The translations under genes were made by a program, and so were the position numbers. From Azolla caroliniana (lineage: Eukaryota; Plantae; Polypodiophyta): a DNA stretch of 19,219 nucleotides. The notes beneath the pieces were generated by a model. It saw only the letters and a list, made by a program, of their open reading frames with translations, did not search any database and was not told the origin of the DNA. Below are positions 1-11,443 of this stretch, piece after piece. Numbering within the stretch: position 1 is the first letter of the stretch; each line of letters begins with the position of its first letter. The DNA is taken from assembly GCA_043228905.1 (NCBI GenBank), contig JBHGNT010000615.1:1-19219 (forward strand), written 5' to 3'.

Positions 1-1026
1 AAGCATATTCCTACTATTGCCGACAAGAAGGACATTATAGTAATCAATGCTCGGTAAATAGCTATGATAAACGACCAGCGGTGAACATGGTAGTCGCCGA
101 AGTAGCAGACCTGCAGCAGGTAACCACAAGATCGAAGGGTAAGGCGACGGAAGGGGAGGCGCAAGAGACCATCCGCAACCAGGCAACATAATGGGTAAAA
201 AAGGCGAATGCACGAAACATGGCAGAGCTTGCGCAGCAAAAGGAAAATACCGAAGAGCTCGCCGACGGCAATCAGCCCGAAAATGCGACATGGCAGGCAT
301 TGCAAGAAGGCCAAATCACGCTGCCATTAGGACGGCTCCTACAGCTAGTGCCCAGATTCACAGAAGGACTCAAGACAAGCATGACGGTAGGAGAAACACC
401 ACCGGCTCCAACATTCTTCTCAAAACTGGAGGAGGGACCGTCGGTAGTAGACACAAACAGTCTGGCGATCACAGCCATTGTGAAGGGAAAGGAGTTACTC
501 AGAATAGTAATAGATGGAGGATCCGACGTCAATGTGATTAGCCTCTGAACGTGCAAAACCTTGGGAATCCAAGAGTAGGAACCATGCTCGTTCTGGCTGC
601 GGATGGCAGATACAAGCTCAGTGCGACCGACCGGCTTGATACGAGATTTGGAAGTAACGATCGGCGGCCACACATTTTGCATCTCGGCAGTAGTGCTACA
701 ACTACAGGCACAAGGAGCTTACCCACTATTGTTGGGGTGGCCGTGGTTGAAAACGGCGCACATTAAACAAAACTAGAGGAAGAATATAATCACCTTCCGG
801 TGGGGAAAAGCAAAAGTACGGGTATCGACACAACCATGGACGGGTACCGGGAAGGAATTGACACCCCTATATGCCGAATGCGTCAATATGCTGGACGGAT
901 TAGCAGACGAAGAGGTAGATCAATACTTGCAGGAAGATCGTACCTCTGTTCGAAATCGACGTAGCCGAAGCCGTATCACCATACATACTGCCACCGGACA
1001 GAGCCGACGAGGAACCAAATAAAGAA
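1..1026 (+). pseudogene. Element A gag C-terminus / aspartic protease / PR-RT spacer, frameshifted
   Basis: ORF 219-548 ends in a retropepsin-like motif IVIDGGSDVNVIS. The downstream segment (LDGLADEEVDQYL) is homologous to 17610-18509. Confidence 0.75.
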
Positions 1027-2235
1027 GTGATCCGGGAGCTATGGCAAGCACAGGAGGCACTGGAAAGAGAAATGGTCGTATCGCAACGAGTTAAAGCATC
1101 CCAACTAGAGGAGGTAAATCTAGGAACTACGGAAGAGGCAAGACCGGTGCACATCGCCAAGGAAATGACTCCGGAGAACAAAACGACGATGATTACACTT
1201 CTCAAAGAATTTCGGGACGTGTTTGCCTGGTCTTACGAGGATATACGAGGGCTCGATCCTCAGCTATATCAGCATCAAATACATTTGAACAAAGACGCCA
1301 AAACGGTAGCACAGCGGCGGTACCGGATGAATCCAAATTACGCCGCCAAAGTCAAGGAGGATATCGACAAGTTGCTGAGGGTTGGCTTTATCCGCCTAGT
1401 AAAGAAATCTATAGGGCTGAGCCCAATAGTAGTCGTACCAAAGAAAAACAGCAAAATTAGAGTTTGTGTCGACTACCGTAAGCTTAATGCGGCGATGGTA
1501 ACATATGCATTCCCACTCCCATTTACGGATGGAGTTTTGGACGCAGTCGCCGGCCATGAGGTATACAGTTTCTTAGATGGATTCAACGGATACAACCAGA
1601 TCCGGATGCACCCTGATGACCAAGAGAAAACAACTTTCGTCACCGAATGGGGAGTGTTTGTTGCCGTAGTAATGATGTTCGGACTAAAAACGGCGCCGGC
1701 AACTTTCCAGAGGATCATCATGGAAATATTCAGAGAATTCATACCGGCATTCATGGAGATGTTTCTGGATGACTTCGCCGTCTATAGCCGGGAAGGAGAT
1801 CACTTTCAGCACCTCCGACTGTGTCTAGAGAAATGTCGGGCTTACCGGCTAAGCTTGAATCCTGAAAAATGTGTATTCGGAGTGTCAAGCGGGGCGCTAT
1901 TAGGACACATTGTGAGCAAGGAAGGAATTGACGTGGAACCGAACAAAGTAAAAGCAATCTTGGAGGCACCGGCACCAGCAACGGCCAAGGCATTAAGCCG
2001 TTTCTTAGGCCAAATCCGGTGGCATAGCCGAATGCTCCGGTATCTGGCGGAACTAGCTACACCACTGCATGCTGCGGTACACCGAACACCATTCCAGTGG
2101 ACCGACACCGAAGACAAGGCGTATCGGGCACTCAAAGTACTATTGTCGCAAGCGCCGGTAGTGCAACCCCCGATTGGGCTAAGGAGTTTCATGTGTTCGT
2201 GGATGCGTCCGACATTGCAATCGGAAGTGCGTTGA
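1027..2235 (+). pseudogene. Element A reverse transcriptase (gypsy type), runs out of frame at the 3' end
   Basis: SPIVVVPKKNSKIRVCVDYRKLN, FLDGFNGYNQI, MMFGLKTAPATFQR, catalytic FLDD, LLGHIVSKEGI. Confidence 0.95.
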
Positions 2236-2600
2236 TGCAACTTACGGAGCCAAGGTGGTACTGGCCTGTGTATTATGCAAGCCAAAAGTTATCCCAAGCC
2301 GAACGAAATTATTCCACCACGGAAAGGGGAGCTTTGGGCATGATCTACAGCGTGACAAAATTCAGACATTATTTGCTGGGAAGGAAATTTTCCTTCCACG
2401 TAGATCATTCGGCACTCCTCTATTTAGTTTCCAAAGCGTCATTAACCGGTAAGTTGGCACGATGGACGTTGCTGTTGTAGGAATTTGAGTTCGAAATATT
2501 CCACCGACCCGGCATACAGCACGTAGTAGTAGACTATTTGAGCCAGTTAGATTCCGGCGAGAGTGGTCACGGAGTCCCGGATGAGTTTCCGGATGCTGAG
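2097..2600 (+). pseudogene. Element A RNase H
   Basis: FHVFVDASDIAIG, YYASQKLSQAERNYSTTER, FHVDHSAL, LARWTLLL; in-frame TAG at 2478-2480. Confidence 0.92.
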
Positions 2601-2654
2601 CTATTTTGAGTCACCGCGGAAACGGCAACAGATGAAACAGTGGCACAAGTGGCC

Positions 2655-3807
2655 TATGGTGGCCGACCACATTGAAAGACGCGGTCCGATGCACTAAAGA
2701 ATGCGATCTATGTCAACGAATGGGCCAGCCAACCGAACAAGCTAGGATTCCGCACCAGCCGGTACTACCGTTAGAACCATTTCAGAAATGGGGGCTGGAT
2801 TTTGTAGGTCCATTCAAACCACCGGCAATGAGAGCCGGCAACCGGTATGTGATCGTAGCTACGGATTACTACACGAAATGTGTAGAAACCAAAGCCTTGC
2901 GCGATAACACCGCGGCGTCGATGGCGAAATTCTTGTATGAATACATCTGGTGCCGGTATGGATGTCTGATAGAGCTAATAAGTGACCAAGGAGGGCATTC
3001 CTCGGCCAAGTGGTGGAAAGCTTGACATCGTTCTATGTCGTGGTGCATAAACGGAGCACGCCATACTATCCGCAAGCAAACGGGTTAGCCGAGTCGACGA
3101 ACAAAACGCTACAGAATATCCTTCGGAAAATCGTCAACGAAAACCGGATAGACAGGGATACGAAGTTGCACAGTGCACTCTGGGCTTACCGGACAGCCTA
3201 CAAAACAAGCATCCAAACCACACCGTTCCGGCTAGCATTCGGATTGGAGGCCATCATGCCGGTAGAGTTCCAGGTCCCGAGCTTACGGATTCAGATTAGG
3301 GAACGGTTAAACGAGAAGGAATCGGAGGCAATTTGGTTAGCAGCTCTGTGCGAATTCGAAGAACACCGTCTAGCGAGCATCTTGCACCTGGAATTAGAAA
3401 AACGACGAAGAAAAGCATTCGTGGATCGGCACCGAAAAGGCAACAAGAAAATGTTTGAAATCGACAAGCCGACATTAGTGTTCCAGACCCGGATGGGGAA
3501 GATGCCAGGGAAGCTTAGGTTTCGGTGGACCGGACCATACTGGATTACGCGCGAGTACAACGGGTCTTACTAGTTAGGGACACTTGTCGGCGAGGTCTTG
3601 GGTAAGTGGGTCAACGGATTTCGACTAAAGCCATACAAGGGACCCATGCCGAGGAACCCATTTGAACAAGGAAAGGCCGATGCCGAACCAAATACCGGGA
3701 TACCAGAAACGACGACAACCCGATTAGCAATCGGCAACAACGAAACCGGTAAGGGGAACAAAGAGTCGGCACACGGGTTGGATAGGACCAGAGACAAATT
3801 AACCTAA
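2655..3807 (+). pseudogene. Element A integrase (partial zinc finger, DDE core, GPY motif), frameshifted and apparently deleted at the N-terminus
   Basis: CDLCQ, KWGLDFVGPF, ISDQG, STPYYPQANGLAESTNK, ALWAYRTAYK, RWTGPY. Confidence 0.93.
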
Positions 3808-4190
3808 CAATTGATTTTTAAAATAAAAATAATAATAAATCGAAACGAATCAAAGAAATCATGCAAAGGAGTGGGGTGAACGGACATGCAAACGAGGAGT
3901 AAAGAGATACTTCAAAAAGGCACAAGGGGCCTATGAATAGGGCATTAAACCGCCGCCATATGGCACGTAATGCTATTATAGTACACTACCTACACACGCG
4001 TAGGCTCGAAAAAGGCGCCAAGATGCAGAGAGAAAACCCCCGACGCATCGAGACCTTCTTCTTTTGCGAACCAAACAGCACAAACGCACACAAGCGCTTG
4101 AAGATCATCAGAAGAGAGCCCACACATAGAGAACCCCCTCACAGAGAGGTTTCTCTCTCTCACTCCCTCCACCGTCAAACCTTGCCACGC

Positions 4191-5238
4191 TGTCATGAAG
4201 ATCCATCACTACGCATGGATCGTGAGGCGGAACCGCCGGGGTTTTGAACCGGAAGGATTCAAAGTTGATACAAGCTTTGGCGCAAGCTTTAGCGAGAAAA
4301 TACTTAAGATAGATTGGGAAAGAGAGAAGTTGAGATTACACGATTGAGAGAGATTGATTGAACTTTTAACTTTAGATTTAAGAAATAAGTTACACGATCA
4401 ATTGGATAACGAATTTCCTCTTCTTAATTTCATAAAAAAAAAACGTGTTTTTTCTCCTCCCCCTTCCTTCTTTTATAGATGCTCTCATGCATATGATGCA
4501 TGTGAGGGTACAAGACATGCATAAATTGCATGTTTGCCATTTGGCGCTTATGTGGTGCATGATAACCATGTCACTCATTTTAGATCTCATGTATAAGAAT
4601 TTACATGTAAAAGTACAATGATAGAAATATAAATTCAACTAAATGGCATGGCTTAATGGTAAGCCAATTGACTCCTAACTTGGAGGTGCAAGGTTCGAAT
4701 CCTTACTTGCCCTCCTTGTATATGTATATATATTTATATATTTATTTATCTAGTCGCCGGAAGCCGGTTCGCCGGTTGCCGCCGTCGCCGGATGCCGTCG
4801 GTTACCGGTGCCTCGCCGGATGCCGTCGTCTCACCGGCTCCATCGTCGGTCCGGTTTTGGTTGGCCAAAACCCTTAACGAGTAGCTAGCCCACCTCCACT
4901 CTTAGTTCAAGTTACCTTGAACTCTCTATGCTCCACACATAGACACAAAGATAATATCTTTTGCTCTACCTTGTATATGATGAGAGCCGTATTTGTCGTG
5001 CCTATGTGGGATATCTCACAATTGTCTCTTTTCCTTTCACAAACTTTATACCCTCATATCTTGACATTTAGTTGTTTGTTTCTCGTGTAATAAAGTGCAT
5101 TCGAAACCTCCATCATTTTGTACTTAGATATTAAATTTATTTAAAATGTTATCTTCACAATTATTGTATTATGTGATTCATACTCGATTTCGTACGTTTT
5201 ATGGGATTTTCACACTATTGCCGAAAATCTTCACGACA
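4191..5238 (-). repeat. Element B 3' LTR
   Basis: On the + strand it starts TGTCATGAAGAT and ends ATCTTCACGACA; near-identical to 11011-12062; adjacent to the PPT. Confidence 0.96.
4642..4713 (+). promoter_or_regulatory. tRNA-like module with Pol III type-2 internal promoter (A box + B box) in element B 3' LTR
   Basis: A box TGGCTTAATGG 4649-4659; D-stem GCTT/AAGC; B box GGTTCGAATCC 4692-4702 in T-stem AAGG/CCTT; tRNA-like spacing. Acceptor and anticodon stems are degenerate. Confidence 0.72.
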
Positions 5239-5250
5239 TCCACCCCCACC
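5239..5250 (-). promoter_or_regulatory. Element B polypurine tract
   Basis: - strand GGTGGGGGTGGA directly abuts the TG of the 3' LTR. Confidence 0.8.
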
Positions 5251-5310
5251 AAACCGCACGTCCTCCGGTACGTGCCAACAAGAGAGAAAGTGAGATTTCG
5301 GCTACGATGA

Positions 5311-8300
5311 TCAATTAGATTCCTCCATGTCTTCATTTTCATCCGGCCTATTATGTTCATCGTCGAGGTAATTGAGGTCAGGATCCTTGTCTTGTCTTTT
5401 CTTGAAAATCTTCACTCTTTTTCCCGCAATGGGTACGACCAACCTTGATCCATCTAGTTCCGCAAGGTGGTATGTGGCATTATCGTTGGAACTTGTCACC
5501 ACATACGGCCCGAACCATTTTCTTGCGAACTTCCTTGTTGTACTGTGTTGATTGTCAAGGGTGCTATCGTAAACCAAAACCCAATCCCCTTCTTCAATCT
5601 TCTTGGGACGAAGTCGATGTGTGTTGTCGAACCGAACCTTGTTCTTTACTCGGGCTGCCTTCATCATCTTTCGTGCTTTTTCTAAATCTTAAGGTCTTCT
5701 TTCAAGTTTCCTTATCCGCGCCACTAATAACTCTTCTCGGCTCATCTTGTTCTCCCACGGTATTGCTACCCATGAAGCGATCGTCCTTTCGATGGGCATA
5801 ATCGGCTTTTGTCCATACATAAGCTCTGTCGGCATATACCCGGTCACCGAGCTATGTGTCATTCTATTGGCCCACAAGGCATAGGGTAATAGTCGTGGCC
5901 AATTCCCGACTCGACCGTTGCATGCCCGTACGATGGCTTTAACGATAGGTCCATGCCCTCACTCGATCTTCCCATTCTCTTCCGGATTGTAGGCAGTCGT
6001 GAGGGAGAGCTTCACGCCTAGTCTTTCGAAGAGCTCTGTCGCTTCATGCGCGTCCAACTCCCCTCGGTCGGCCACTATCTTCCCTACACATCCATATCGG
6101 CAAACAACCTCTTCAAGCGGAAATTTGCAAACGGCTGAAGTTGTCTTATTTGTCAAGGCTCGTCCTTCCACTTGATTCGTCAAGTCTTCCCTCGCCAGCG
6201 CTAAGTACTTCATTTGTCCCACTCCCATTGGCATCGAGACCAGATCCACCGTCCATTTGAAGTGTATGGTGAGTGGGTATGTCGGTTGTAACTCATCACG
6301 ATGACGTATATTTGAATATATTTGGCAAGTTTCGCATGTGGACCCGAAATGGAGTACATCTTGTTACATGCTTGGCCACCAGTACTTCTCCTTCAACTTT
6401 TCGAACGTCGTCCATGTTCCTCTATGACCTACCCAAGCACTCTCGTGGAATTCGGTCATCAACGTCTCTTGCTCTTCTTTCTTTACCACCACTCGACGTG
6501 GTATTCATGTCCTTCTTTTTGGATGTCGCCAAAGGAATCCTCCCTTCAAGAAGTATCGGTAAGCTTTCTTTCGGATCCGTAGGGCCTCCTCCTTTGTCAA
6601 CGAAGCATCTGTCGTCAATGTTCTTAGGAATCTACCGATGAGTAACCACTCTCCTTCGTACTCGTTCTCGTTGAAGGCGTGGAGGGTTTGCGTGTCCTGG
6701 TCTTCCGCCGACAATCGAGCCATCTTGAAGAAGTCGAGGGCGACATCTTCATCTTCTGAAACCATGTTACTTCCGTTTGAAAATCTTGCCCTCGACAGCA
6801 TGTCAGCCATGGCGTTCTTCTTCCCTGCAATGTGACGGATCTCTGGGTTTAAAGACTTAATGTAGGCAATCCACCTTAGCATAGCAAGATCTGGGGTCGC
6901 ACATCCCGAGACCATTCCGAGAATTGGGAGACAATCTGTCTCTATTATCACTTCTGACCCATTCAGGTAATCTTTGTCCGTCTTCACTGCCGACACAATA
7001 CCCCAAAGTTCCCACTTGACTTGGGCATATCTTTGTTGCCGTTCGCTGAGAACCTTTGCTCCGAACCGGACGGCATATCGCGCATTATCTTCACCTTCTT
7101 GATTGATGACCCACCCGATTCCGGTTGGGCTCGTATCTACGGTTACGTAAATTGGTTTCCCTTCGGCATAGTCGGCCTTCCTTAGTGCCGGAGCTTCAAG
7201 AAGCAGTTTCTTTAATCTTCGCATCGCCTTTGTGTGCTCGTCTCGCCATTCAAACTTTATTCTTTTCTTTAGTAGTCCATATAACGGTTCGGCGACATGA
7301 GCGTAGTGAGGAATCCATATATGATAAAATGCGCACGCTCCAAGGAACCTTCGAACCTCCGTTTGGTTTTTGTATTCTTCTTTCATGTCTTGGATTGACG
7401 GCCGTATGCTCCACACAAGTGACCTACCACCAAGATCTCTGATTACCCGAATGCGGATTTTTCTCCCGAAAATGACAAATTCGCATCTTCGAGCCTTTGA
7501 AGCACCTTCTCGCAATCTTTCATATGATCCGCAACGAACTTTCTACAACCTTCCTTATCTTTCGATTCATCTTTCTCCTCATCCGAACATCCTTTTATCG
7601 GAATATCATCCAAGAATGGCATCGTGATGTCCGGAATGCAATCCTTCAAGACTTTATTCATGGCATTCACCATATGAGCTACCGAGTTCGTTGCGCCTTG
7701 GGGTAAGGTACACATCCGCACAAGCCCGATCGGAGTCCTCATGGTTGTAATGTCCCGACTGTCGATCGCCAATTGGAATTGGTCATATCCAGAGTAGAGA
7801 TCGCCAATGGAGTAGATGGACCGGCCCGCAAACGCTTCGGCAAATTCGTCCACGCTTGGACCGATTCCGGCATTTCGAATTGTCACCTTGTTGACGGGTT
7901 GAAGATCTTGGATGAATCGCAATGATCCATTCTTCTTCGGCACCGTGAACCACCTATTGGAATAAGGAGCATTCGACGGTTCTAGAATTCCCATACTCAC
8001 CTTCTCCTTTAAGAGCTCGATCAACTTCGGGAGGTGTGCTCTCGGAACCGGTATCGGTTTCAAATTCCAAGGCATATGAGGCACCGTGAAGATCACCATC
8101 GGCTCTATAACCTTTGGGTTGGCGCATCCGATTTCTCGTGGGAAGAATGCGAAAGCCTTTCCATGTCTCTCAAGCATATCGCGAAACATTCGCTCCTCTT
8201 CAGGGAGAAGGAAATCCTCCTTTCCAACTCGTAGCTTCCCCTTCGTCTCTTTGGTGAAGACATGACCTATCTTCTTCGGATCTCTTAAGCTTGGATCGTT

Positions 8301-8780
8301 AGCGACTTCCTTCATCTTTTGCCAACTATCTTCCGGTAGCGGAACCGCAACTGGCTTGATCTTCTTATCCACTGTTTTATATTTCGTGTTGATGTCAGCT
8401 TCCTTCATCGAGATGCCACGACGGTATTCATCGATGATAGTGTACATGTTGATGGAGTTAACCGAAATCACGCGTTGGTTTTGAAGATAGCTCAAGTCCA
8501 CGACGTCCTCGATTTCGCCGATGGTGTCGTTAAATGAGGCTTCTTCCATAATATGAGTCACGAACTCTCCTTCTTCTATTATGTTCTCTTCTTTCAGCAT
8601 CTTCTCGAATTCTTGTATCCGGCGCTTGTGCTTCTTGTCGGGTAGCACTAGTTTACATGCGCCACTAGGTGTGACACATGTTGCTTCTCCTTGCAATCCA
8701 CACACTCTTCTTTCTTGTGGGGTCTTGTGATTGCTCGGACTATTTGTGCCCCATGCTTCAATAGTCCGCTCTAAAAATCC
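5311..8780 (-). pseudogene. Element B pol (RT-RNase H-integrase) with stops, frameshifts and a small deletion
   Basis: RT: NRWFTVPKKNGSLRFIQDLQPVN, DLYSGYDQF, LPQGATNS, FLDD. RH: YVTVDTSPTGIG, ETDCLP, NAMADMLSR. INT: DLVSMP, VADRGE, YNPEENGKIE, WFGPY. No chromodomain. Confidence 0.95.
8718..8780 (-). promoter_or_regulatory. Putative -1 programmed ribosomal frameshift signal (slippery G_GAT_TTT plus H-type pseudoknot)
   Basis: G GAT TTT TAG ends the gag-PR frame, and pol is open in the -1 frame from this site. After a 5-nt spacer comes the 9-bp stem CGGACTATT/AATAGTCCG; loop TGGGG can pair with downstream CCCCA. Confidence 0.8.
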
Positions 8781-10949
8781 GAGGTTTCGCCTCCGAGACT
8801 ATATCGATTCCTTTCATGATTGGCTCACACCGTTAGGAATTGGACCGATCTTTGGTTGTCAAGACTCTTTATTCGTGCAAAGGCTGCTCCATTATCGAAC
8901 ACTCTGGTCTCCATCCGAGATGATGTGATATAAGGTTGCCCTAGGATGACAGGATGCGACGCCGATTCTTGTACGAAGAAGTGTTGATCCATCTCCACAT
9001 CCCCGATCGTGACTTTGACATTGGGACAAGCTCCGTACAAATCCTCCGTAGACTTTGTTGCCGCGCGAATCTTCCATCCGTGGTTTGTATTGATTGGCCA
9101 TCTTCCTTTTTTGTAGAAGTCGGTTGACATGAGGTTGATCTCCGAGCCGTGGTCGATCAAGGCTACCATGGTCTCTTTCTTCTCCCCGATCTTCACCGGC
9201 GTCTCTGTTGTCGCTCGTGCCCAATGAGGTCGAGTGTAGTGGTTGTCCACCATATCTTCATCAATTTCATCTCTTGCCATCGTTATGGCATTCGTTTTTG
9301 CTTTTTGCGGCTTCTCTTCTTCCTCGTCCGATTGTTGTCTCTTTCTCTTTACAAGGTCCGCGATCGTGTCACGGAACTCCTTCTTCGTAATGCCAAGCAA
9401 TTCCCTCAAGGACAAAGTTACGTGGCTATCAAGAACTCGTTCTTCGAGAATCTTCTTTAGGTCCGTCATCTGCTCTATGTCCGACCTTAGCTTATAGGTA
9501 GGTATAGTCCTTGTCCTCCGAGCGGGGTCTTCGACACCAACCTTCACGGGCCGAACCGTTTCTTCAACTCGTATGCCCGGCTCCCCTTTTCGGCTTGATT
9601 CTCGTTCCTCCATTTGTAAAGGTTGACTCGTCTCCGCATCGTCCTTCTTTTTCTCGTTCCTTGTTTCATGTCTTTTTGATGGGCCTTGCTCTTCTATTCT
9701 CTTTCTCTTTTCTTCGACGAACACCTCGTGGTTGTCGCACATCACCTCTGCGAGTATGGTGTTGTCGTCCACTGGATCCGACCACCCGGTTATGCTTTGC
9801 ACGCTTCGGTCTGCAAGCGCTACCTCGTTCAATGTGACTTTTCCCTTCTTCTCATATTCAAGAACGGAAGTCCAAAACTTTGCTCCCGCTCTAGCAGCTT
9901 CAGTCTTGTCTTTCCCGACTCTTATTCCGGCCGACGCAACATAGTGCATCGCATCCACATGAGTCGCATCGGCATCCTCCATAGATTTCTTCATTCCTCC
10001 TCTTCCGAAATTCACCCGTAGGGGTCTTCTAGTCTCACTTGAGCAGATCATGTTGTCCTCTATGTATACGATATTTTGTCGAATCGCCTCTCGAAGGCTC
10101 GCACAATCCCTTCTCATGTGGTCCATGCTATCGCACCACACGCATCTAAAGGGTTCTTTTCCTTTAGGGCCCCGACGATTCATGTTGGCTAGCGTGACCT
10201 TCTCGAACATCTTCGCTAGCTCTTCAATGATGTTGTCATCAATCTTCTTTTCTTCCACGTTACTTTGTCTTGGCGGCTCAGCTACTTTCGGCGGTCTTGC
10301 TTTCGGTGTCATCAACCCATTGGCGACGCTTGTCGAGCCTATTGCATGCCCGCTTCACCGCGATCCAGTCCGCTACGAGCCCATTTGCTTGGGTATCATC
10401 TTCGAGAAAAGTCCCCAACTCCCGTCTATCCTTTATGTCCACGGCCTTCAAGAAGTACAAAGTCTTGTCCTCTTCAAGCAACACTTGGTCCGTATTGGGG
10501 AGACGACTAAACATCTGGTCGAATTCGTCGTTCACCCTCGAGACGCTCATCTTCTTATTCTTCTTCTCTATCCACTTCATCAGGGCATGTCGAGTCATCC
10601 TCGTTGAGTCTTCAGTCACGAACTCCGCTTGTATCGTTTTCTTGAACTCAGACCATGTTGTCTTACCTTCTTGAAGCTCGATGACGCGTCTTTGGATGTT
10701 GTTGGCGACAACTCTCTTGAAGCTTGCGATTTGACGTGCCTCGGACACGTCCCTTTGATTCATCTCCCTTCTATATGCATCAAGGAACTTCGTAACGTTC
10801 CTTCCATCGAATTGGCCCTCGAGCTCTACGACACGATCAACAGCCTTCTCCACACTCGCGTCGTTGTCCCGAGATCTCATCATTTGCTCGACGATTAGCA
10901 TCATCCTTTCGAGCTCTCCCGCTTGGTTGCTTGAGGACGCCATCTCCAA
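8771..10949 (-). pseudogene. Element B gag-protease ORF (frameshift near 10300, premature TGA at 8825-8827)
   Basis: Capsid-like FDGRNVTKFL...TWSEFKK; zinc knuckle CVWCDSMDHMRRDC (CX2CX4HX4C); protease ALIDHGSEINLMS and VILGQPY; frame ends ETSDF* at 8771. Confidence 0.92.
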
Positions 10950-10984
10950 GTATTAATCTCGACTTGATCCTTCCTACCACCTCT

Positions 10985-11002
10985 TTCACGTCGGGTTCAC
11001 CA
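10985..11002 (-). promoter_or_regulatory. Element B primer-binding site complementary to the tRNA-Trp 3' end
   Basis: - strand TGGTGAACCCGACGTGAA. The + strand TTCACGTCGGGTTCACCA matches my recollection of the plant cytosolic tRNA-Trp 3' end including CCA. It lies 8 nt from the LTR. Confidence 0.85.
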
Positions 11003-11272
11003 CTTAATTATGTCGTGAAGATCCGTCACTACGCGCGGATCGTGAGGCGGAACCGCCGGGGTTCTAGATCGGAAGGATTCAAAGTTGGTACAAGCTTTGG
11101 CGCAAGCTTTAGCGAGAAAGTACTTAAGATAGATTGGGAAAGACAGAAGTTGAGATTGATTGAACTTTTAACTTTAGATTTAAGAAATAAGTTACACGAT
11201 CAATTTGATAACGAATTTCCTCTTCTTAATTTCATAAAAAAAAACCGTGTTTTTTCTCCTCCCCCTTCCTTC

Positions 11273-11279
11273 TTTTATA
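11273..11279 (-). promoter_or_regulatory. Candidate TATA box of element B (copy at 4471-4477)
   Basis: - strand CTATAAAAG pointing toward the PBS and gag; conserved in both LTRs. Confidence 0.55.
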
Positions 11280-11443
11280 GATGCTCTCATGCATATGATG
11301 CATGTGAGGGTACAAGACATGCATAAATTGCATGTTTGCCATTTGGCGCTTATGTGGTGCATGATAACCATGTCACTCATTTTAGCTCTCATGTATGAGA
11401 ATTTACATGTAAAAGTACAATGATAGAAATATAAATTCAACTA

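Noticed and set aside
4200-4221. Apparent compensatory changes in the U5-end hairpin (GATCCA/TGGATC versus GATCCG/CGGATC)
   Set aside because: The hairpin is present, but the changes are ordinary CpG transitions between LTRs that were identical at insertion, so they are not evidence of selection.
4642-4713. Functional tRNA-Arg(CCT) gene
   Set aside because: Acceptor and anticodon stems do not pair in register and there is no adjacent T-run terminator; kept only as a tRNA-like promoter module.
3933-4877. ORFs 3933-4247, 4390-4638, 4656-4877 and LTR counterparts 10931-11914
   Set aside because: They cross insertion junctions or lie in low-complexity LTR sequence, and their lengths are not conserved between the two LTRs.
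10278-10320. Programmed frameshift within element B gag
   Set aside because: No slippery site or stimulatory structure is evident and it would split capsid from the zinc knuckle; a decay indel is more likely.
8731-10898. Many antisense ORFs over element B gag (e.g. 10050-10607) and other ORFs opposite pol genes
   Set aside because: They are shadows of purine-rich coding strands and have no recognisable motifs.
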